A DNA stretch of 64,000 bases. It comes from Eledone cirrhosa. Its lineage: Eukaryota. The stretch spans positions 193,440,001-193,504,000 of the forward strand of contig OZ024741.1 in assembly GCA_964016885.1 (NCBI GenBank), in the 5' to 3' direction. The notes below the pieces were generated by a model. That model had not been told where the DNA came from, made no database searches, and saw only the letters and a program-made list of their open reading frames with translations. Below, piece after piece: positions 55,881 through 64,000 of the stretch. The first letter of the stretch is position 1, and every line of letters begins with the position of its first letter. A program made the translations under genes and the position numbers.

Positions 55881-56215
55881 TAATAAAACGAGCAGGAGGT
55901 TAATTCAATCGAAAAACGAAACTGATTGTCGAAAAGAAGCAAATTATCAGTAGTTATATATTTATATATCACTAAATATATGTGTGTGCGTGTGTGTGTG
56001 TGTGTTGTGTGTGTGTGTGTGTGTGTTTATGTCCTTACCTATGTGTATGTATGTATGTATGTATGTATGTATGTATGAATGTGTGTGTACGTACATTTAT
56101 ATTCAGTGTGGTCCTGACGGTAGCATTTGACATTGAACTTTAATTAAAAGCGCATTTATACGCGCGTGTGTGTGCGTGTGTGTATTTGCATATATGTATG
56201 TATATATATGTGTGC

Positions 56216-56266
<51 letters not shown>

Positions 56267-56349
56267 TTTTAAACGATAGACTTTCGTCAAATCGGACCGA
56301 GGGATCAATGTTTCCGTTGGTCTTTCCAATTGCTAATACTATCTATCGG

Positions 56350-56484
56350 TCGCAACTCCTGGTAGAAGGAGCAATGTGAAATAAAGTGTCTTGCTCAAGG
56401 ACATAACGCATCGCCTGGTTCAGGAATCGAACTCACAACCTTACGATTGCCAATCCAATTCTCTAACCACTCAGCCACATGCCT
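56350..56484 (-). mobile_element. tRNA-derived SINE family B 5' part
   Basis: Minus strand: A-box TGGCTGAGTGG, B-box GAGTTCGATTCC, then GTCCTTGAGCAAGACACTTT. Confidence 0.8.
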
Positions 56485-56488
56485 TCAC

Positions 56489-56568
<80 letters not shown>

Positions 56569-56958
56569 TATACGCTTTGTGTGTGCATGTATGTGTGTGT
56601 GTAAATAATCCCCTAACTGCCTATTTTATTCTGTGTCTAACAACATGTAAGTAGAAAAATGATACCTAATTCTCCTATGCCAACTACTGTAGGTTGAAAT
56701 TCTACTCAACCTACTGAAATGCAATGCAATCACTTAAATGCTGCCATTATGCGTTACTATGGCGCTTTGTCACTACTTCCGGTGTCACGTGATTAAGCGC
56801 TTCCGTTGGCTCTAATAACCGACATATTATGCTTTCGCTGACGTCAAAAAGCTGACGTCAGCTCTAATTACAGATTAGATGCAATACAAGATACACGTTC
56901 TGTTTTTCTGTTTTCTAGACACACACATGTAGTATAAAGACCAAGAAATCGGAATTGC

Positions 56959-57008
56959 TTTCTTCTTCTTCTTCTTCTTCTTCTTCTTCTTCTTCTTCTT
57001 CTTCTTCT

Positions 57009-57043
<35 letters not shown>

Positions 57044-58119
57044 TTCTTCTTCGCCCAATTATTCCTGAGAGGATCGTGGGGCAGAATCCTCAAACACTCA
57101 TTTCAGCAGGTCTTGTCAGAAACAACCATCTTTAACTGATCCAGTTGGATCCCCAAACAAAACCAGCGACGCTCATGGATGTTATCCAACTATCTTGCTA
57201 GTAGTACACCGCTGGGTCTCCTGTCGGTTGCTTTGGCCCATAAAATCTTTTCTGCGAATTTTTTCAGAAATATTCCAACCACATACCTATAATATCCGAG
57301 CTGTGATCTCTCAATTCGGAAAAGTAGCGGCTCTACCTGGAATAACACTCTGATCTCCGAGCTACGCACTCTATCGAGTAACATTACTCCAAAGACTCTT
57401 CGGAGGAACCCCATATCAGCCGCTTGTGTTCAAGATCGTATTCTTTCGGTCATCACCCAAGGTCCATGAACATGCGGGTTGGCACGAATACCGAATTGAA
57501 CATATTAAGTTTGGCTTTTACACCTACCTCCCTTCTTCTGATTATTGAATGCTGAAGCTGGCGCATTACTGAGAGGACCAGTGTCTCAGTTTTCGCAGCA
57601 CTGGTTTTTATTTCAGCCATGCAGCATTCGGCATTAAACCTTCTGTCGAGTTAAGTAAAACCATGTCGTCTGAAAATTCCCGCCTAGTAGTTTTACACCC
57701 ACCAGTCATGATTCCACTTCCAGCGCGGCTGCATATGTAATCCTGTTCATGAAAATAATGAACAGGAGAGGTGACAGTACGCACCCTTGACAGAGTCCGA
57801 CTCCCACATTGAATGGCTTCGATTTAGCACCATTTATCCGAAGACAAATACTCGGGCATTCGTATAGAGACATCAGGGCAGCAAGAAGCTGACTATGTAT
57901 CCCATACTCTTGCACAAACTCCCACAGCATGTCCCGAGGAACAAGAATATGCCTATTGGCAATCCTCCCACTATTTCTCGAAGACCTGCCGCAGTGTGAA
58001 TATTTGGTCGGCTGTGTTGCGTCTGGGGCAAAAACCAGACTGTTGATCAATTAGTTTGGACTCGACATTCACCCTGCATCTCTTTACTGCATAGACTTTA
58101 CTGGGGAGGCTTAACAAGG

Positions 58120-58120
<1 letters not shown>
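56959..58120 (-). mobile_element. RTE LINE remnant with (GAA)n tail (TTC repeat 56959-57052)
   Basis: VGLCQGCVLSPLLFIIFMNRI, FSDDMV, MGFLRRV..IERSQL; same family as 15660-17262. Confidence 0.85.
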
Positions 58121-58167
<47 letters not shown>

Positions 58168-58221
58168 ATTTAAAACTGCACTATCCACAAGTGTTTTTTA
58201 ACCTTCATATCATGTCTTCCT

Positions 58222-58289
58222 ATTTTATCTGATGAAAACACAAATGTTATTGCATGATGATATTTGTTTTTGAAATGCGCATAATAAAA
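58222..58289 (+). ncRNA. Solo hammerhead: 140-bp pLTR fragment (58163-58303) inside (TA)n
   Basis: Nearly identical to 14357-14497; CTGATGA 58229, GAAA 58272. Confidence 0.8.
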
Positions 58290-58300
58290 TACATGGAACT

Positions 58301-58356
<56 letters not shown>

Positions 58357-58404
58357 AAGTTATCTCGAATATCGAGTTTGAAGTGCGAGTGTATTAGAAT
58401 TCGT

Positions 58405-59138
58405 AGAATAATGGAAAGAACTCTACACAAGGAAGCTGTTAAAACTGCAAAATGCCGTCAATGATAGCGTCGGGTAAAATTTACATCAAAGGATAGAAAT
58501 CTTCCCTTCCTCTTACAACTTCTTTCCTTTCCCTTCTCCTACCCGGCACTCTTCCTCGTCACTTCCGCTTGCTACCATCTCCTCAGCCACACAGTCTTTG
58601 TTGTTGTCTTTTCTAACAGCGACCTGCTGCAAGTGAGCTTATATTATTTTTCTAACTCTCTAAAGGGCGGTGAATTGGCAGTATCAGTGGAGGGTCGGAC
58701 ATGCTTTCCAGCATAGTTACGTCCCTTTACGATCTGAGTTCAAATCCGGCCGAGGTCAACTTTGCCTTTCATCCTTACGGGGTCGATAAAATAAAGTACC
58801 AGTAATGTACTGGGTAATCGCTGGCCTTGTGCCTAAAATAGAAACAATTATTTTTCTAACTCTCTGACCTGTTACCCGAGCCGTCTATTTTACGTGGTAC
58901 TTTTAGTTAAATCGTCGAAACCACATGCAGTCTAGAAGCTATGGGTGCATTTAAATGTTTGTGGGATCTTCTCTCGTCCCTTTTCTTCCTTTTCTCCCTT
59001 CTTCCTATCAATTTTGCAAGCCAACACACTTCTAGCTGCTGATTTCTATCCTTTGAGGTAAATTTTACCTGACGCTGTCATTAACGTCATTTTGTTGTTA
59101 TAACAGCTTCCTTGCATTCAGTTCCTCCCATTATTCTA
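58405..59138. repeat. Diverged ~100-bp inverted repeat unit between TA tracts; third copy at 15455-15605
   Basis: 58405-58500 versus 59041-59138 (GGAAGCTGTTA..GGTAAAATTTAC.TCAAAGGATAGAAATC). Confidence 0.8.
58662..58846 (+). mobile_element. Full-length SINE A with 19-bp TSD
   Basis: ATTATTTTTCTAACTCTCT at 58643-58661 and 58847-58865; A and B boxes present. Confidence 0.93.
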
Positions 59139-59139
59139 A

Positions 59140-59198
<59 letters not shown>

Positions 59199-59687
59199 GT
59201 TAAGATATCAATACATATTTAATATGTATGATGAGCCTGTTTCTCAATAAATAAGCTCAGTGGTCTTTGGATCGGAGCATCAATAATTCAAATTTAAAAG
59301 ATATGTAAAGAGAGAAAGAGAGAGACCCCTATATCGTTTGAGAAACACAGTATTTTGTACACAGATATAAAGCAAATGATATTCAGAACATTATAATTTA
59401 AGGTGGAAAAAGCTACTTTTCTTTTTACAGTGCCGTTTCATAGTAAAAGAAACGAATCGATGTAAATGGTCAACTATCGATTACCAACTATGGATTTTGG
59501 TAAAGCAACGGAAGACAAGGATCTAATCATCAGAGTAATTGTCCTTGTATATACCCCATACTGTATAAGATACCTGATGTCAAATAATGTTTAAATAGGA
59601 CTCGACGTTGTATCGGCTAGAAAGAGCTACGAGGTACTAGTTACGTGGTATATAACTACTCTAAATTTATTAATTTCTTGAATTGCT

Positions 59688-59787
<100 letters not shown>

Positions 59788-59855
59788 TGTAAAAGGTAAA
59801 CAGAAATAACAACACAATCGGTACATTATATGGTAGGAATATATTAAGTTAACGC

Positions 59856-59931
<76 letters not shown>

Positions 59932-59974
59932 AGGGGGGAGAAAGAAAGAACCGGTCATTCCGTTTAGCTCATAA

Positions 59975-60002
59975 CTAGCAGAATGGCCCGGCGTTGCTCG
60001 GG
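59975..60002 (-). mobile_element. Helitron 3' terminus
   Basis: Minus strand CCCGAGCAACGCCGGG hairpin, 8 nt, CTAG, then T. Confidence 0.7.
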
Positions 60003-60407
60003 ATTCTAAACATAGATTGGCATGTTTATCCCTCCTTTCTGAAAGTTTCGTCGTATGTTCACCAATTGATGCAGAAGTCCTAATAAAAAGTGAAGTCGCC
60101 TTGGGTGAATAGGCAAATAATTTTCCATTAAGATTTTTCAAAAGCATGTAATTGCGTTCCCTCTCTTTTTGTTGTTGTTTTTACTGCTGTTGGTGTGATA
60201 GCGGCCGTTGGTCGTACTACTAACACAGTCTCGTCCTTCTTCAGCCAATCATCCCCTTCTGCCTCGTCAGCAATGAGAACAATATTTGCTCTAGGGTTCT
60301 TATATATTTGATATATATTTATCCTTATCGAGCCTCATGAAATAAATACGTTTGTTTATATTTTGTTATTGTGTATGCAAAAATATCTGTACACGAATAT
60401 ATAATTA

Positions 60408-61530
60408 TATCTATATATCTAAAACAGAGAATGTCTGTCTGTCTGATTGACTCCCTAAAACTCGAGAACCACCCAACCGATTTTTTTCAAACTTTTCAAT
60501 ACCCTAGGGACCGCATTAGATAGCTATAACTTCGCGCCCTTATAATATCTGTCTGTATGTCTGGTTGTCTGCATTACGGCATTATGACACTATCTGTGTG
60601 TGTGTGTATCTGTGTGTGTCTGAAACTAAAAAAATCAATATGTGAACGCAGAAGTAAATATTTCGAAAGACGTTACACACTATATATATATACACACACT
60701 ATATGGTGGCTGCCAACTCGTTTTCGAGTACGGCCACTACTTTATATCCATGTAGGAGAACCCCTACCAATGCGCTGAACGAATGTGACTTTTTAGTCCA
60801 GCCAGCGACTTGAAAACTCTGGTACAAACACTACACTTGTGACAATTATTGACACATAGTGCTGGGCCCATGGTACCATGTGACGACAAGTGCAGAGAGA
60901 TCTCCAGATATAAAGCAATGCCTGTGCTGTGAAACTTTTATAGTGAGCAAAGGCACTGCACAAAGCCAGTCCCACTCTCTTAACCAAGATGATATTTACC
61001 AAAAAGAAGAACAATTCAACATCATTGGATACCATCAGGGTTGCAGGTGTTATATCAGAGTTTTCCTTCTCCTAGAATTCTGCCTTGACAAAGGCTAAGG
61101 GGTCATCTCTCCCGGTGATTTTGGATGGCTATTGACTCTTAAGAGCCCCTTTGCCTTTTGACAGGTTTTGTTTTTAGTCCTGCAGGATGTCCAAAGCCAC
61201 CCTCCTCACCAAGAAACCTTGGTGGGGTTGCCAGTTTAGTCGCCAACGACCCGACCATGAGACAGGTTGTACTGGGATACATGTTACCAGTAGCACCAAC
61301 TGGTGACCTGACACACACACACTATATATATACATATATACACACACACACACAGATAGCATCGTAATGCCATAATGCAGACACTAGACACACAGACAGA
61401 TATTATAAGGGCATAACCGTTCGTCGCCTAATGCGGTCCCTAGGGCATTGAAAATTTGAAATATTTTTTGCTCAAACCACTCACACGACCATAAGTATTA
61501 CATGTGTAAAGTTTGAAAAAAATCGGTCAG
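60408..61530. mobile_element. Non-autonomous Helitron/Helentron-like pieces in inverted arrangement
   Basis: A|TCTATATATCTAAAA start followed by (TGTC)n; 60474-60600 is inverted relative to 61360-61528. Confidence 0.5.
61025..61310 (-). mobile_element. Isolated 5'UTR of an RTE-like LINE
   Basis: CTAGGAGAAGGAAAACTCTGA motif recalled from RTE 5'UTRs; starts at a (TG)n run. Confidence 0.45.
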
Positions 61531-61831
61531 AAGCCTGACATTATATATGTAAGCGGACGGTACTTGATTTAGGAGCCGCAGAAACCCATATACTGGATTT
61601 TATCAACCTTCAAGGGGTCCGGGTAAATTTTCAATACCCGAATTACTTGATCGTTTTTTTTTGGCTATGCGAATGATTGTATAACCATCGCCTCAGTGTG
61701 TTTGGCCTTTAACGTTTGTTATAGCTCTGGTTCTTCTGAATCATTGAGCACTTGCCTCACATCTCGGAGGTTGTTTTTCGTTATTTCGTGGGCCGAAATG
61801 CGAATCTCGATAATTTATGTTTGTTTATATA

Positions 61832-61862
<31 letters not shown>

Positions 61863-62250
61863 CTTATGTGTTGGGAGCTTACTCATCCACGCACTCGCAC
61901 GTTATCGACACTACAACCACCGCCCAACGCTGCCGGGACACCACCCCGCCGTACGACTTTGACCCACCACACATCCTCTCCATCTCAATTCACCCTCCTC
62001 CCAGTTCTCCTTCAGAACTCTGCCACCATCATCTCCACACACACACACTCTCTGCACTACCCACCTTCATTTCTCTATTCAATTTTAACCACCACCGCCA
62101 GCGTCACCGCACCACCTCCCCCGCGCACGGCATTGACTCGTTCACACTCACTTTCTCCTTCCACCTTTGTCCCCTAAACTTTTCTGACAGTTGAATATAG
62201 TACACACCCACAACCCCTAGTTCTTCCTTACTCTGCCGCCACCACCACCT

Positions 62251-62284
<34 letters not shown>

Positions 62285-62715
62285 GCAACTACCCACAATT
62301 CCTTTCTCTATCCCATTTCACTACACGGATACACCTATCCCATTCAACTCGGCCTCCGTGACTTTCGCACTCCTAGATTGTACCCACCACGGAGTATACA
62401 CACATGCAACCATTAACCACACATCTCTGCCAAACACATACCAGCATACACACGCTCACACTTATGTATGAACACACATGTCCACCAACAATACATTTAA
62501 CATCCACACACACGGAAATGCACCGTAATGCTCACTCCACCTACACACAAACACTCGCTGCACATCAGCCTCCCCACCCCACCACTCCACCTCCCCTCCT
62601 TATTATTCTTATTTTTACATTCATTTTTTGTAATTTCTTCCTAACGTATTTCAACTACCATTTATTTAATTATAACTTTTGCCTTTTTCAGTCTTTAACG
62701 TTATTTTCCTTATAT

Positions 62716-62760
62716 GTTATTTCTGATGAAGGGTAAATACCCGATACGTTACTATGTAAC
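62716..62760 (+). ncRNA. Degenerate hammerhead at the end of a CA-rich pLTR-like segment
   Basis: CTGATGA-a-gggt aaat accc-GATA (GAAA mutated)-cgtta. Confidence 0.4.
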
Positions 62761-62855
62761 TCATTCTTTTTTCTCAAAGCGTGGTGAAACTAATACATTT
62801 TATGTTATTGCATCCTCTTGTTCGTTCGTTTAGTGTTTCCTTGACTTATATATAA

Positions 62856-64000
<1,145 letters not shown>

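Noticed and set aside
56410-56484. tRNA gene
   Set aside because: A and B boxes continue into a SINE body, and no complete cloverleaf forms.

Overview
Eukaryotic, AT-rich, microsatellite-dense intergenic or intronic DNA with no convincing host exon. The dominant tRNA-derived SINE and the repeat make-up resemble an octopod cephalopod genome (recognition from memory, not verified). The window is a nest of decayed transposons: R4/Dong-like, CRE, Tx1/L1, RTE, CR1 and Ingi-like LINEs, five Penelope-like elements (PLEs; four Naiad-like, one Neptune-like), a mariner, a MITE, Helitron ends and two SINE families. Reading the non-coding DNA on both strands gives about 19 type I hammerhead ribozyme (HHR) motifs from several unrelated families. 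Most lie in PLE terminal repeats or short non-coding units next to (TA)n tracts, often as fold-back pairs whose breakpoints fall at the ribozyme. One tandem pair 319 nt apart has a compensatory U3-A8 core and looks like a retrozyme. Other highlights are a 2.2-kb 48-bp minisatellite with an open frame inside inverted repeats, a SINE sharing its 3' tail with a Tx1 LINE, a (CATA)n-associated R4 element and a 2A-like peptide in an Ingi LINE. All folds and family calls were made by eye and element boundaries are approximate.
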